The notes under the pieces: model-generated
The model's database searches: none
What the model was told of the DNA's origin: nothing
The model's input: only the letters and a program-made list of their open reading frames with translations
Part shown: piece after piece, positions 39,071 to 49,063 of the stretch
How the letters are laid out: every line of letters starts with the position of its first letter
Position numbering within the stretch: position 1 is the first letter of the stretch
Made by a program: the position numbers and the translations under genes
NCBI GenBank assembly: GCA_050740435.1
Contig: JBOIDL010000001.1
Coordinates: 5,484 to 69,483 of the forward strand
DNA length: 64,000 nt
Source of the DNA: Gammaproteobacteria bacterium
Lineage (GTDB): Bacteria > Pseudomonadota > Gammaproteobacteria > JACCXJ01
Direction of reading: 5' to 3'

Positions 39071-39556
39071 TTACAAGTCGCTAAAAATTGGCTGGAAGGC
39101 GGCGCCGTGGTCACGCTGCCGGGTGCCGGCTCTGTCCTTGGCCGGTACATTTGGCCCGACCAACTCGAGTATGCGACCCAACAACGCCTCGATCTCGAAC
39201 GGTTTTGGAAAAAAATCGACGATGCCGAGCTTGAGCCCCTGGACCACTGTCGCGCTCTCGGCGCGGCCGCTCATCAGCAGCACCGGGAGGCGAACCCCTT
39301 GCGCGTTGAGCTCCTTCAGAAGATCGAGACCGCTCATTCCCGGTAAACAAAAGTCCAGCACCAGGCAACGGGCCCCGATAGGCTCGCAGCGGTAGGCGCT
39401 CAAGAACGACTCGGCGGAGTCATAGGCCTCGGCGGCCAGCCCAGCCGACTCGCACAGCGTAGAGAGCAGCTCGCGCACCCCGGGTTCGTCATCGACGACG
39501 CACACGGGGCAGCCGCGGGCCCGGGGGTGATCCGGATAAACCGTCGAAACGGTCAC
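39071..39556 (-). CDS. Stand-alone receiver-domain response regulator (CheY-like)
   Basis: Receiver fold: VCVVDDEPGVRELL…LVLDFCLPGMSGLDLL…PVLLMSGRAE…; no output domain. Confidence 0.7.
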   Translation of the reverse strand: MTVSTVYPDHPRARGCPVCVVDDEPGVRELLSTLCESAGLAAEAYDSAESFLSAYRCEPIGARCLVLDFCLPGMSGLDLLKELNAQGVRLPVLLMSGRAESATVVQGLKLGIVDFFPKPFEIEALLGRILELVGPNVPAKDRAGTRQRDHGAAFQPIFSDL

Positions 39557-39833
39557 GACGAGACGCGGCCCGCGGGCACGCCTCCCTCCGCATGCCCCCT
39601 GCGGGCGCCCTTTGCGAGAAGCCGGATCACAGTTCCCATCGTGGTATATATACCTCGCGCGTTTGTATTCACAGGGACCTCGTGTTGCGGCACAATGCCT
39701 CCGCGTCGCAGGCGCGGGATCGTCAAACGCCGGGCTTTCGCCCGACTCACCGGGGACGCGCCGGGTCTAGCAGTCCCATCGCAGATAGGCTAACCCGCGG
39801 GTGTAACGGCTTTGAAGTCCCGGCGTCGCCATT

Positions 39834-39862
39834 GCGTAACGGTGGGTAACAGTGTGTAACTC
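39834..39862 (+). promoter_or_regulatory. Three GTAAC direct repeats at 10-bp spacing upstream of the OmpR-type regulator gene (candidate response-regulator binding site)
   Basis: GTAACggtggGTAACagtgtGTAAC at 39836-39860, plus a fourth GTAAC at 39803; 60 nt upstream of the 39919 start. Confidence 0.25.
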
Positions 39863-39918
39863 CATCCTACAGAGCCGGATCAATTGAAAATCGGAAGCGA
39901 TAGCACCCCGTGTGAACG

Positions 39919-40650
39919 ATGATGAGCGTTGCGCCGCATATCCTGGTCGTCGACGATGAACCGGACGTCCGGGAATTGATACGAACCTACCTGGCGCAAG
40001 AGGGTTATCGTATCAGCACCCTCGGAGACGGACAGGCCTTGCGCCGCGTGCTGGCCGGCCAGTCCGTGGACCTCGTCATTCTCGATCTCGGCCTGCCGGG
40101 CGAGGACGGGCTCTCCCTCGCGCGCTACCTGCGCGAGCATTACGAGGTCGGGGTGATCATCGTAACCGGTAAAGGGCAGACCCTCGATCGGATCATCGGT
40201 CTCGAGATCGGCGCGGATGATTATCTAGCAAAGCCTTTCGATCTCCGGGAGCTGCTGGCGCGGGTGCGCAGCGTGCTTCGGCGCACCCGTGGCCCCGCGC
40301 GGCAGGAGGCGGGCGAGCTGGGTACAGCACGTTTCGCGGGATGGCAGCTCGATCTCGCGAGCCGCCGTCTGTTGGCCCCGGATGGCAAAGAGGTGCCGCT
40401 GACCACGGGCGAGTTCGATCTGCTCGCGGTCTTCGCGCAGCATCCCAATCGCGTGCTCTCCCGCGACCAGTTGCTGGCGCTTACCCGCCATCGTGAGGCG
40501 GGTCCGTTCGACCGCAGCATCGACGCGCAGGTCGGGCGGCTGCGCCGGAAGATCGAGTCGGATCCGGAACGGCCGGTGCTCATTAAATCCGTGCGTGCTG
40601 TGGGTTACGTCTTCACGTCGTCCGTAAAACGCGACGCGGACCTTGATTAA
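39919..40650 (+). CDS. OmpR/PhoB-family DNA-binding response regulator
   Basis: 243 aa; receiver (ILVVDDEPDVRELI…DLVILDLGLPGEDG…) plus winged-helix trans_reg_C (…VLSRDQLLALT…VGRLRRKIE…IKSVRAVGYVF). Confidence 0.85.
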   Translation: MMSVAPHILVVDDEPDVRELIRTYLAQEGYRISTLGDGQALRRVLAGQSVDLVILDLGLPGEDGLSLARYLREHYEVGVIIVTGKGQTLDRIIGLEIGADDYLAKPFDLRELLARVRSVLRRTRGPARQEAGELGTARFAGWQLDLASRRLLAPDGKEVPLTTGEFDLLAVFAQHPNRVLSRDQLLALTRHREAGPFDRSIDAQVGRLRRKIESDPERPVLIKSVRAVGYVFTSSVKRDADLD

Positions 40651-40911
40651 AGGGCCCAGGCGCCAGAGTAAGGTACGGTATTTTTCAATCCAAAAATGAG
40701 TCTGAGGGGGTTCCACTAGATTCTCCGAGCGTACTTTGCTACGCTGTTTATTGCATCGCAGCGATCCTCCTGCTTAGCGGATAGACAGCAGGGTCTAACC
40801 AAGGTCTAAACTTGCTGTACGGCTGCACCTCGTTCGAGCATCGTGGCTGACTGAGCGCCCGAGCAACAGGTTGGGTCAGTACCCGAACGCAGTGTCAGTA
40901 CGGAGAACTAG

Positions 40912-42093
40912 ATGGCTGAAAACGTAGTTATCGTGGCCGCCGGCCGGACGGCCATAGGAACCTTTGGGGGAACGCTCGCGACTATTCCGGCGGCGATGCT
41001 GGGCGCGAAGGTGATCTCCGCGCTCTTGTCCAAGACCGGGATTAAACCCGAGGATATCGAGGAAGTGATCTTGGGCCAGGTCCTGACCGCGGGCGTCGGC
41101 ATGAACCCGGCGCGGCAGGCGGCGCTGGGCGCGGGTCTGCCGCACTCGGTGCCGTGTATGACCATCAACAAGGTCTGCGGCAGCGGGCTCAAAGCGGTGG
41201 CTTTGGCCGCGCAATCGATTCGTGCCGGTGATGCCGAGCTGGTGGTGGCCGGCGGTCAAGAAAGTATGAGTCTAACGCCGCACGTGCTCCCCGCTTCGCG
41301 CATTGGCCAGAAGATGGGCGAATGGAAGTTAGTAGATACGATGATCAACGACGGCTTATGGGATGTTTTTAATAATTATCACATGGGCATGACCGCCGAA
41401 AACATCGTCAAGAAGTACGCTATCTCGCGCGAGGAGCAGGACGCGTTCGCGGCGCTCTCGCAGCAAAAAGTCGAGGCTGCGCAAAAGGCCGGGCATTTCA
41501 AGAAGGAAATCATCCCCATCGAAATTCCGCAAAAGAAAGGTAACCCGATCATCTTTGACACCGATGAATTTCCCCGTCACGGCACGACCGCCGAAGCCCT
41601 GGGCAAACTGAAACCCGCCTTCGACCGGGAGGGCTCGGTCACGGCAGGCAATGCTTCCGGAATCAATGACGGCGCGGCGGGCGTGATCGTCACCACCGAA
41701 AGCAAGGCCAAGGCCCTGGGCCTGTCACCGCTGGCACGCATTGTTGCTTATGGCACGGCCGGCGTCGATCCCGCCATCATGGGGACAGGTCCGACGCCGG
41801 CGACGCAACGGTGCTTGCGGAAAGCCGGATGGAAGGTTCAGGATATAGATCTTATCGAGGCGAACGAGGCCTTTGCTGCCCAGGCGATTTCGGTGAACCG
41901 CGATATCGGGTGGGATGTGGCCAAGGTGAATGTCAACGGCGGCGCGATTGCGCTCGGCCACCCCATCGGCGCCTCCGGGGCGCGTGTCTTGGTGTCGCTG
42001 GTGCACGAGATGATCCGCCGCGACGTGCGCAAGGGCCTTGCGACCCTATGCATCGGCGGCGGCCAAGGCGTGGCTCTAGCGGTGGAGCGATGA
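40912..42093 (+). CDS. phaA: Acetyl-CoA acetyltransferase (beta-ketothiolase)
   Basis: 393 aa; thiolase motifs (…[12 protein letters not shown]…, …[19 protein letters not shown]…, C-terminal CIGGGQGVA). Confidence 0.9.
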   Translation: MAENVVIVAAGRTAIGTFGGTLATIPAAMLGAKVISALLSKTGIKPEDIEEVILGQVLTAGVGMNPARQAALGAGLPHSVPCMTINKVCGSGLKAVALAAQSIRAGDAELVVAGGQESMSLTPHVLPASRIGQKMGEWKLVDTMINDGLWDVFNNYHMGMTAENIVKKYAISREEQDAFAALSQQKVEAAQKAGHFKKEIIPIEIPQKKGNPIIFDTDEFPRHGTTAEALGKLKPAFDREGSVTAGNASGINDGAAGVIVTTESKAKALGLSPLARIVAYGTAGVDPAIMGTGPTPATQRCLRKAGWKVQDIDLIEANEAFAAQAISVNRDIGWDVAKVNVNGGAIALGHPIGASGARVLVSLVHEMIRRDVRKGLATLCIGGGQGVALAVER

Positions 42094-42106
42094 AAGAGAG
42101 CGAATA

Positions 42107-42856
42107 ATGAAGACAGATCTCAGCGGGCGCGTAGCGCTGATCACCGGGGGAACGAGCGGGATCGGCGCAGCCATTTGCAAACAACTTGCTACGTCCGGCG
42201 CCAAGGTCGCCACCAATTACCGCAACGAACGAAAAGCGCAGCAGTGGTTGGCGGAGATGCGTGCCGAAAGCTACGAATTTAAGACTTACCGTGTCGATGC
42301 AACGGACTTCAATGCCTGCGGCCGGATGATCGGCGAGATCGAAAAAGGCCTGGGCCCCATCGATATCCTCGTCAACAATGCGGGCATCACGCTGGATGTG
42401 ACGCTACGCAAGATGAGCAAAGAGCAATGGGACACGGTCCTGCGGACCAACCTCGACAGTGTCTTCAACGTCACGCGGCACGTTATTTCGGGAATGATCG
42501 AGCGTGGCTACGGGCGGATCATCAATATCTCGTCCATCAACGGCCAGAAAGGTCAGATCGGGCAAACGAACTACACGGCTTCCAAGGCCGGCATGCATGG
42601 TTTCACCATGTCCTTGGCGCAGGAAGTCGCGCGCAAGGCGATCACGGTGAACACTGTCTCACCTGGGTATATCGCCACTGAGATGGTGATGGCGGTCCCG
42701 GAAAATATTCGCAATCAAATAATCGCCCAGATCCCCGTGGGACGTTTAGGAACTTCCGAAGAAGTGGCTTACTTAGTCGATTTTCTGGTGTCCGAGCGCG
42801 CCAACTTTATTACCGGCGCCGATCTCACCATCAACGGCGGGCAGCACATGATGTGA
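42107..42856 (+). CDS. phaB: Acetoacetyl-CoA reductase (NADPH-dependent SDR)
   Basis: 249 aa; intact [13 protein letters not shown]…YTASK motifs; follows phaA. Confidence 0.85.
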   Translation: MKTDLSGRVALITGGTSGIGAAICKQLATSGAKVATNYRNERKAQQWLAEMRAESYEFKTYRVDATDFNACGRMIGEIEKGLGPIDILVNNAGITLDVTLRKMSKEQWDTVLRTNLDSVFNVTRHVISGMIERGYGRIINISSINGQKGQIGQTNYTASKAGMHGFTMSLAQEVARKAITVNTVSPGYIATEMVMAVPENIRNQIIAQIPVGRLGTSEEVAYLVDFLVSERANFITGADLTINGGQHMM

Positions 42857-43392
42857 TGGCGACGCATCCAAGTTCCATCGGCGATACCGGTGGCGCCGCG
42901 AAGGGTGACATGCGTGTCATCAAAAAGTACCCGAATCGCCGCCTGTACGATACCGTCGAGAGCAAGTACATCACCCTCGCGGATGTGCGGACGCTGGTGT
43001 TGGCCGGGATTGAATTCTATGTCACCGACCAAAAAACCGGCGAAGACATCACCCGCAGCATCTTGCTCCAAATCATCACCGAAGAAGAGGACCATGGGGA
43101 ACCGTTATTCACCACCCATGCTCTCCTCCGAATTATCCGTTTCTACGGAGACGCGGTCCAAGGCTTGGCGGGCAATTTTATCGAACGCAGCTTAGGGATG
43201 CTTACCGAACAGCAGAAGCTATTCCACACGCAGATTAGCGACGCTGTTAAAAGCAATCCCCTTACGGCCTTGACCGAGATCACCCAGCGAAACCTGGAAA
43301 TCTTCAAGAAAATGCAAGACAGCTTGTTCCGGGCCGCCGGTATGACTAATCCCACGCAGAGCGAAGGCGAGGCGGGTAAGAAGCAAGAGTAA
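42853..43392 (+). CDS. phaR: Polyhydroxyalkanoate synthesis repressor PhaR
   Basis: PHB/PHA_accumulation regulator N-terminal motif IKKYPNRRLYDTVESKYITLADV plus C-terminal PHB_acc domain. The true start may be the internal Met preceding RVIKKYPN. Confidence 0.8.
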   Translation: MMATHPSSIGDTGGAAKGDMRVIKKYPNRRLYDTVESKYITLADVRTLVLAGIEFYVTDQKTGEDITRSILLQIITEEEDHGEPLFTTHALLRIIRFYGDAVQGLAGNFIERSLGMLTEQQKLFHTQISDAVKSNPLTALTEITQRNLEIFKKMQDSLFRAAGMTNPTQSEGEAGKKQE

Positions 43393-43438
43393 TCAACCTC
43401 AACTACCGGCGCAGAAAACTAACGAAAAATCGGGAGGC

Positions 43439-44452
43439 GTGATAGCGATGTTTCTCGACACGATGCCACTGAGAGTCTTCGAATATTGGAGTCGAGCCTG
43501 GACCACGGCCTTCACCTCGAGCGTCCAGGCCGCCACGGTGCTCGGGCAATCGCTCGATGCTTTAGCAATACATCAGCGGGACGAATGGAATCGGATCGTT
43601 TCCGCGGCCGCCGCGGAGCTTCGCCACACCTGGACGCAGTTCCGCCCGTACCACCGGTTGCAGCACGGCGCGCGAGTGGCTTTAGTCACCTGCGGAACCG
43701 GCAACATCGGAACGGCGATTTGTCTGCGGCTTGCGGACGCGGGTTTTTTAGTCATCGCCACGTATCCTCGCCACGAATCGGCTGCCGCGCGCCAATGGCA
43801 AGCGGCGAGACGCCGGGCCGCCTATGAACTTGGTATCGTCGCGTGTGATGTCGCGCGATGCGATGACTGCGCCAGTATGGCGAGATGGATCGAAGGTCAC
43901 TACGGTCACGTCGATATCCTGGTCAACTGCGTCGGCATCACCCGCGGCGACGGAAAACAAGAGAACTGGCAGACAGTTCTGGACACCAACCTCGACAGTG
44001 TATTCAATGTTACGCGTACCGTGATCGCGGCGATGACGGAGCGGCACTTCGGCCGGATAATCAATATCTGCTCGGTTAACGGGCCTCCTGGGCAATTCGC
44101 GCAAACCGATGTTGCGGCCGCCAAGGCGGGTATGCTGGGTTTTACCAAGTCCTTGGCTCGGCAGCTCGCGGATCAGGGGATCACCGTCAATACCGTATCA
44201 GCGGGATACGGGGCGGGCATGGTGGCGGAAATCCCGGATGAAATCCGCAAAGCGATTAAGGCGAAGCTTGCCAAAGGGCGATGGGGTGAGCCTGAAGAGA
44301 TCGCCGCCGCGGTCGACTTTCTCGCGGCGGACGCCAGCGGGTACATCACCGGAACCGACATCGCGGTCAACGGCCTACGGTTGACCTTGGATCCTGGCGA
44401 AGACAAAGGCGGCCTAAGGCCCCCCTGGCGGGGATTATCTCGGCCATCATGA
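43439..44452 (+). CDS. PhaB-like SDR paralogue with N-terminal 85-aa extension and degenerate catalytic motifs (predicted non-catalytic)
   Basis: Residues 90-330 align colinearly with the adjacent PhaB. However TGGTSGIG is replaced by TCGTGNIG, NNAG by NCVG, and NYTASK by DVAAAK (catalytic Tyr to Val). The unique N-terminal extension MFLDTMPLRVFEYWSRAWTTAFTSSVQAATVLGQSL… has no obvious family. Confidence 0.7.
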   Translation: MIAMFLDTMPLRVFEYWSRAWTTAFTSSVQAATVLGQSLDALAIHQRDEWNRIVSAAAAELRHTWTQFRPYHRLQHGARVALVTCGTGNIGTAICLRLADAGFLVIATYPRHESAAARQWQAARRRAAYELGIVACDVARCDDCASMARWIEGHYGHVDILVNCVGITRGDGKQENWQTVLDTNLDSVFNVTRTVIAAMTERHFGRIINICSVNGPPGQFAQTDVAAAKAGMLGFTKSLARQLADQGITVNTVSAGYGAGMVAEIPDEIRKAIKAKLAKGRWGEPEEIAAAVDFLAADASGYITGTDIAVNGLRLTLDPGEDKGGLRPPWRGLSRPS

Positions 44453-44504
44453 CGGCGATGATGTTTACGTAGACGATTGCTGGCCGCCGAAGGGCGCTCT
44501 CGCG

Positions 44505-44726
44505 CTAGCCATCCGTGATCTCGAGCCGCCGCTCAATGCGCTCTATGCGCGACTCGATTACACGAAAGCGATCGTTGCTCGCCGGAATCATGGCTACCAG
44601 CGCCGCAAGATGCTGCTCGACAGCAATCAGCCGGCTATCCATAAAACCGAGCTTCTCATTGACGCGATCGAGGCGGCCGCGGATCGCGCGGAGCTGCTCC
44701 AGCACCAAGTTTTCGGTTTCGGTCAT
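44505..44726 (-). CDS. Small coiled-coil protein, unknown function
   Basis: 73 aa, heptad-rich (…LEQLRAIRGRLDRVNEKLGFMDSRL…IESRIERIERRLE…); the MITE-B copy lies 30 bp upstream of its start. Confidence 0.35.
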   Translation of the reverse strand: MTETENLVLEQLRAIRGRLDRVNEKLGFMDSRLIAVEQHLAALVAMIPASNDRFRVIESRIERIERRLEITDG

Positions 44727-44759
44727 AACGATAGCAGGCCTCCTTTTACGGTCCGCTGA

Positions 44760-44902
44760 GAGTTTGCGAAAAAACCGTCGCGAGCGAAGGGAGGTCGCGT
44801 TCCGCCGGAGCGCAGGAACCGGAGTGTATGTTGGAATACATGAGGATTCCGAGCACCGCCGGAATGCGAGATCCCGAGTGCAGTAGGTTTTTTCACAAAC
44901 GC
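44760..44902 (+). mobile_element. MITE-like element family B (143 bp) with about 17-bp terminal inverted repeats GAGTTTG(C/T)GAAAAAACC and 3-bp target duplication TGA
   Basis: About 93% identical to the reverse complement of 51492-51634; perfect-ish TIRs; TGA at 44757-59 and 44903-05. Sits between the pckG stop and the small coiled-coil gene start. Confidence 0.65.
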
Positions 44903-44916
44903 TGATGTCCGTCCTG

Positions 44917-46767
44917 CTACGTAGCGCTAGCGAAGCTCAAGTCCCAAACGGTAGGTGAGTGATGGAGGCGGGATAGCAGTAACTCTCTCTCGATTTCCAT
45001 CTCGCGCGGGAGATGATCTCCGAAACGCGTGAATAGCTCCTCTTGATCGTTCGCTTCCTGCCGCGCCCGCTCCCGGTCGATGTTCATGATCTCGTAGAAG
45101 CGATCTCTTGAAAACTCGATGCCGTCCAAGACTAATTCCTCGAACGGCGGCACCCAACCGAGGGGGCTCTCGACACCACGCGCCCGCCCGCGACAGCGGT
45201 CGACCACCCATTTCAGCGCCCGCATGTTTTCACCGTAGCCCGGCCAGATGAACTTGCCCTTGTCGTCTTTACGGAACCAGTTGACGCGGAACACCAAGGG
45301 CGGGGTAGCGACGCGCTGACGGCCGATACGCAGCCAATGCTTCCAGTAATCCGCCATGTTGTAACCGCAGAACGGGAGCATCGCCATCGGATCGCGCCGC
45401 ATCCCGGCCTGGCCCACGGCGGCGGCGGTCGCTTCCGATCCCATGGTCGCCGCGAGATAAACCCCATGTTCCCAGTCGTAGGCCTGCAGAACCAGTGGGA
45501 AGTTCTTACTGATACGCCCGCCGAAGATAAAGGCGCTGATGGGTACGCCGTTCGGGTCCTCCCAATTCGGATCGATCGACGGGCACTGATGGGCCGGCGC
45601 CGTGAAGCGCGCGTTCGGATGCGCCGCCGACGTGCCACTACCGGGTGTCCAGTCGTTCCCTTTCCAATCGATGAGATGCGCGGGCGGCTCCTTCGTCATC
45701 CCTTCCCACCACACGTCGCCGTCGTCGGTTAACGCGACGTTACTGTAAATGCAGTTCTCTTTCAGGGTTAGCATGGCATTGGGATTCGAATCCATGTTGG
45801 TGCCGGGCGCCACGCCGAAATACCCCGCTTCGGGGTTAATGGCATAGAAGCGGCCGTCCGCCCCGGGTTTGATCCACGCGATATCATCCCCGATGGTCGT
45901 TACTTTCCATCCATCCAAGGCCTTGGGCGGGATCAGCATCGCAAAGTTTGTCTTGCCGCAGGCGCTCGGAAAGGCCGCCGACACGTAGGTCTTCTCGCCG
46001 GCCGGGGATTCGACGCCGAGGATCAGCATGTGCTCGGCCAGCCAGCCTTGGTCGCGCGCCATCACCGATGCGATGCGCAGCGCGAAACACTTCTTACCGA
46101 GTAAAGCATTTCCGCCGTAGCCGCTCCCGAATGACCAGATTTCACGCGTCTCTGGAAAGTGCGTGATGTATTTGGTGTTATTACACGGCCACACGGCATC
46201 TTCCTGATGCGGCTGCAAGGGTGCGCCGATCGAATGCAAGCACGGTACGAAGTCGCCGTCCGGCCCCAGCACATCGAGAGCGGCCTGACCCATGCGGGTC
46301 ATGATGCGCTGATTCACCGCGACATAGGCGGAATCGCTGATCTCGACCCCGATATGGGAAATGTGCGATCCGATGGGTCCCATGCTGAAGGGAATCACAT
46401 ACAGCGTGCGGCCGCGCATACAACCCTGGAACAACTCAAGGAGTATGCCGCGCATCTTTTGCGGCTCCATCCAGTTATTCGTGGGGCCGGCATATTCCTG
46501 CTTTTCGCTACAGATGTAGGTTCGGTCCTCGACGCGCGCGACATCGGTCGGGTGAGAGCGCGCCAGAAAGCTATTCGGCCTCTTCTTCGGGTTTAAGCGG
46601 ATAAAGGTTCCTTTTTGCACCATCTCTTCGCATAAGCGATCGTATTCCGCCTGAGAACCATCACACCAATAGATGCGCTCGGGATTGCAAAGGCCGGCAA
46701 TCTCTTCCACCCATTGCAACAGCCGTTTGTTTTTTGTCCTCTTTGCTCCGTCGTGTGTCATCGTCAT
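44917..46767 (-). CDS. pckG: Phosphoenolpyruvate carboxykinase (GTP)
   Basis: 616 aa; GTP-PEPCK signatures (…FPSACGKTN…, kinase-1a motif, …WMAEHMLIL…). Confidence 0.9.
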   Translation of the reverse strand: MTMTHDGAKRTKNKRLLQWVEEIAGLCNPERIYWCDGSQAEYDRLCEEMVQKGTFIRLNPKKRPNSFLARSHPTDVARVEDRTYICSEKQEYAGPTNNWMEPQKMRGILLELFQGCMRGRTLYVIPFSMGPIGSHISHIGVEISDSAYVAVNQRIMTRMGQAALDVLGPDGDFVPCLHSIGAPLQPHQEDAVWPCNNTKYITHFPETREIWSFGSGYGGNALLGKKCFALRIASVMARDQGWLAEHMLILGVESPAGEKTYVSAAFPSACGKTNFAMLIPPKALDGWKVTTIGDDIAWIKPGADGRFYAINPEAGYFGVAPGTNMDSNPNAMLTLKENCIYSNVALTDDGDVWWEGMTKEPPAHLIDWKGNDWTPGSGTSAAHPNARFTAPAHQCPSIDPNWEDPNGVPISAFIFGGRISKNFPLVLQAYDWEHGVYLAATMGSEATAAAVGQAGMRRDPMAMLPFCGYNMADYWKHWLRIGRQRVATPPLVFRVNWFRKDDKGKFIWPGYGENMRALKWVVDRCRGRARGVESPLGWVPPFEELVLDGIEFSRDRFYEIMNIDRERARQEANDQEELFTRFGDHLPREMEIERELLLSRLHHSPTVWDLSFASAT

Positions 46768-46965
46768 GAATGCAACCTCTAATCTTCAGTTACGTAAAAG
46801 ATAATTTCCTGTTGTCACCGCAAACGCGTATTTTTTTTTGCATTTTACCGCGCCGGTCTCGCCTACGTCACGCGCTTCCTTGTCGTCTCGTGTTGACCGG
46901 CACGCCGCCTCACAGTAAGCTGCTTTTGATCCCCCGGCTTTTTACTTATCCACCGTCAACGACGA

Positions 46966-47352
46966 TTGATACCAGGAGATAAGTGTATGCAGCGAGAAAT
47001 GATCGACCAATGGGCCGCCTTGAGCAGAAGCGCCCTCGATTCCATGAAAGAGCTTGGTGCAATCAATGCCAAGCTATTGGAGAAAATGACGGCGCAGCAG
47101 GAAGCAATCCTCAGCACTTGTCTCGAGGCAAGCGCCAAGGAGGTGAATTTGATTAGCGTTGCTAAGGACCCGAAGGAATTACTGGCGCATCAAGCCGCTC
47201 TGGCCTCCGAATACGGCGCCAAGTTCGTCGAGATCGTCCGCGGCACCAACGATCTCCTCAGCGAGTGCAAGAATGAACTGAGCGCTTGGGCGGAACGGGG
47301 CATGGAGAAAACCGTCGCGCCGTTTGCCGACAAACCCGCGAAGGGCAAATAG
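46966..47352 (+). CDS. phaP: Phasin-family PHA granule-associated protein
   Basis: 128 aa, all-helical, phasin_2-like pattern (…LEKMTAQQEAILSTCLEA…); location in the PHA locus. Confidence 0.7.
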   Translation: MIPGDKCMQREMIDQWAALSRSALDSMKELGAINAKLLEKMTAQQEAILSTCLEASAKEVNLISVAKDPKELLAHQAALASEYGAKFVEIVRGTNDLLSECKNELSAWAERGMEKTVAPFADKPAKGK

Positions 47353-47539
47353 ACTCGCGATAAAAAATTCAATCATTGGCGTTACGCGACGTCATGCTCA
47401 CGGTCGTGGAGCAAGGGTTTCGTAGCTTGAACGGCTACGTTCTGTTACCGACTTGACAGTGAGATTTAGCCATAGTATGGTGCAGAGCAGCATTGCGATG
47501 TGCAATGCACAACGTCGGTAAATTTCGTGAGGTAACGTT

Positions 47540-47917
47540 ATGCAATTTGAAACTATGGAGCCTTGGGCTCAGTTTGGCAGCACCTGCTTTGCTTCTCTAA
47601 AGGAACTAGGCGAGATCAGCACCAAGACGTTCGAGAAGTTGGGCGAACAGCAACTCGGCCTGGTAAGCACCTATGTTGATACCGGTATCAAGGCCGTAAC
47701 CTTGATGACCGAATCGAAGGGTTATAAGGATCTCTTGGCGGGCCAAACCAAGCTCATGACCGAATACAATGAAAAGGTGCTTGACGCCGTGCGTAAAACC
47801 ACCGAGATCATGACAGATTCCAAGGATGAAATGGCGGCTTGGTTCGAGAAGACCCAGGAGAACGGGACCGCGCCGGTAAAGAAAGCCGCGCTCGCGGTAA
47901 AGAAAGCAACCGCTTAG
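47540..47917 (+). CDS. phaP: Phasin-family PHA granule-associated protein (second paralogue)
   Basis: 125 aa, same architecture as 46966..47352 (…FEKLGEQQLGLVSTYVDTGIKAV…). Confidence 0.7.
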   Translation: MQFETMEPWAQFGSTCFASLKELGEISTKTFEKLGEQQLGLVSTYVDTGIKAVTLMTESKGYKDLLAGQTKLMTEYNEKVLDAVRKTTEIMTDSKDEMAAWFEKTQENGTAPVKKAALAVKKATA

Positions 47918-47944
47918 CCTTTTCCCGATCACCTTTTTAGACCC

Positions 47945-47974
47945 GATCCACCCCGGAGGTGGATCCGGTTTTTT
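47945..47974. terminator. Rho-independent terminator (likely bidirectional) between the phasin gene and convergent phaC
   Basis: GATCCACC-ccgga-GGTGGATC stem-loop followed by cgg TTTTTT. Confidence 0.5.
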
Positions 47975-47998
47975 GCGAATAGCGTTCTTGGCGCGGTC

Positions 47999-49060
47999 TT
48001 ACCGGGCGGCGAGCCAGGATTTGACCGCGGGAGGGATCATCTGCTGCGCTTTGCCGCTCACATAGATCCCGATGTGTCCGCCGGGAAATTCGATCTCCGA
48101 ATAATCCGCGTTTCCCACGTATTTCCTTAACGCCTTCGAGGCAGCGGGTGGGACCAGGTGGTCGTCAGTGGCGAAGATGTTGAGCACCGGCATGGTGATG
48201 TTTTCGAGATCGACGTTTTTCTCACCGATCATCACCTCGCCTTTAATCAGCTCGTTATTCTGATAAAAATGTTTGATGAACTCCCGGAATGCTTCCCCCG
48301 CTTGATCGGGGCTGTCGAAGATCCACTTCTCCATGCGGATGAAATTCTTGCACAACACCGGATCGTCCAGGGTGTTGACCATATCGAGGTATTTTTGTCC
48401 CGAGAGCCGGAACGGTTTGAGCGATAGAAAGGTCCAGTTCAGCATCTCGCCCGGGATATTACCCATGGTCTCCGCCAGCAGATCGATGTTCACCTTCCGG
48501 ACCCAATGGCTGAGCAAATCCTGGGGCGTGTGGAAATCGACCGGTGTCACAGTGGTTATGAGATTCCGCACTTTATCGGCATGCATCGCGCTATAGCAAA
48601 GGCTAAACGTTCCCCCCTGGCAGATCCCCAAGAGATTAATCTTGTCCAGGCTATACCGTTTCCTGAGCACCTCCACGCAGCGATCGATGTAACCGTTGAT
48701 GTAATCGTTTAGTGATAAAAACCGATCGGCGCTGTCGGGATAACCCCAGTCGATCAAATACACATCGAGGCCGCCCGCCAGCAGTCCGCGCACGAGCGAA
48801 CGGTTCTTCTGTAAATCCGCCATGTAAGGGCGGTTAACAAGTGCGTATACGATCAGCACCGGCACCGGGTTCAGCTTCTCCACGAGCGGCTTAAACCGGT
48901 AGAGCGTGAGCTTGTCTTCGGTGTACACGGACTCTTTGTCCGTACACCCGACGTCGATATCACCGATTTCGTTCAGCGTCTGTAAACCTCGGCTGAGCTT
49001 AGCCCCGAACTCTCGGATTTCGAATAGGGCTTGATCCGGACGTATTTGAAATGGAAACAT
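47999..49060 (-). CDS. phaC: Class III PHA synthase catalytic subunit PhaC
   Basis: 353 aa; very close in sequence and length to the Allochromatium-type PhaC (MFP…RPD…; lipase box GICQGG; …DHLVPP…; …GGHIGIYVSGKAQ…). Confidence 0.9.
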   Translation of the reverse strand: MFPFQIRPDQALFEIREFGAKLSRGLQTLNEIGDIDVGCTDKESVYTEDKLTLYRFKPLVEKLNPVPVLIVYALVNRPYMADLQKNRSLVRGLLAGGLDVYLIDWGYPDSADRFLSLNDYINGYIDRCVEVLRKRYSLDKINLLGICQGGTFSLCYSAMHADKVRNLITTVTPVDFHTPQDLLSHWVRKVNIDLLAETMGNIPGEMLNWTFLSLKPFRLSGQKYLDMVNTLDDPVLCKNFIRMEKWIFDSPDQAGEAFREFIKHFYQNNELIKGEVMIGEKNVDLENITMPVLNIFATDDHLVPPAASKALRKYVGNADYSEIEFPGGHIGIYVSGKAQQMIPPAVKSWLAAR

Positions 49061-49063
49061 GAG

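Noticed and set aside
44515-44886. ORF 44515..44886(+) and ORF 51378..51704(-)
   Set aside because: Each runs antisense through a real gene end and straight across a MITE-B copy; artefacts of the repeat.
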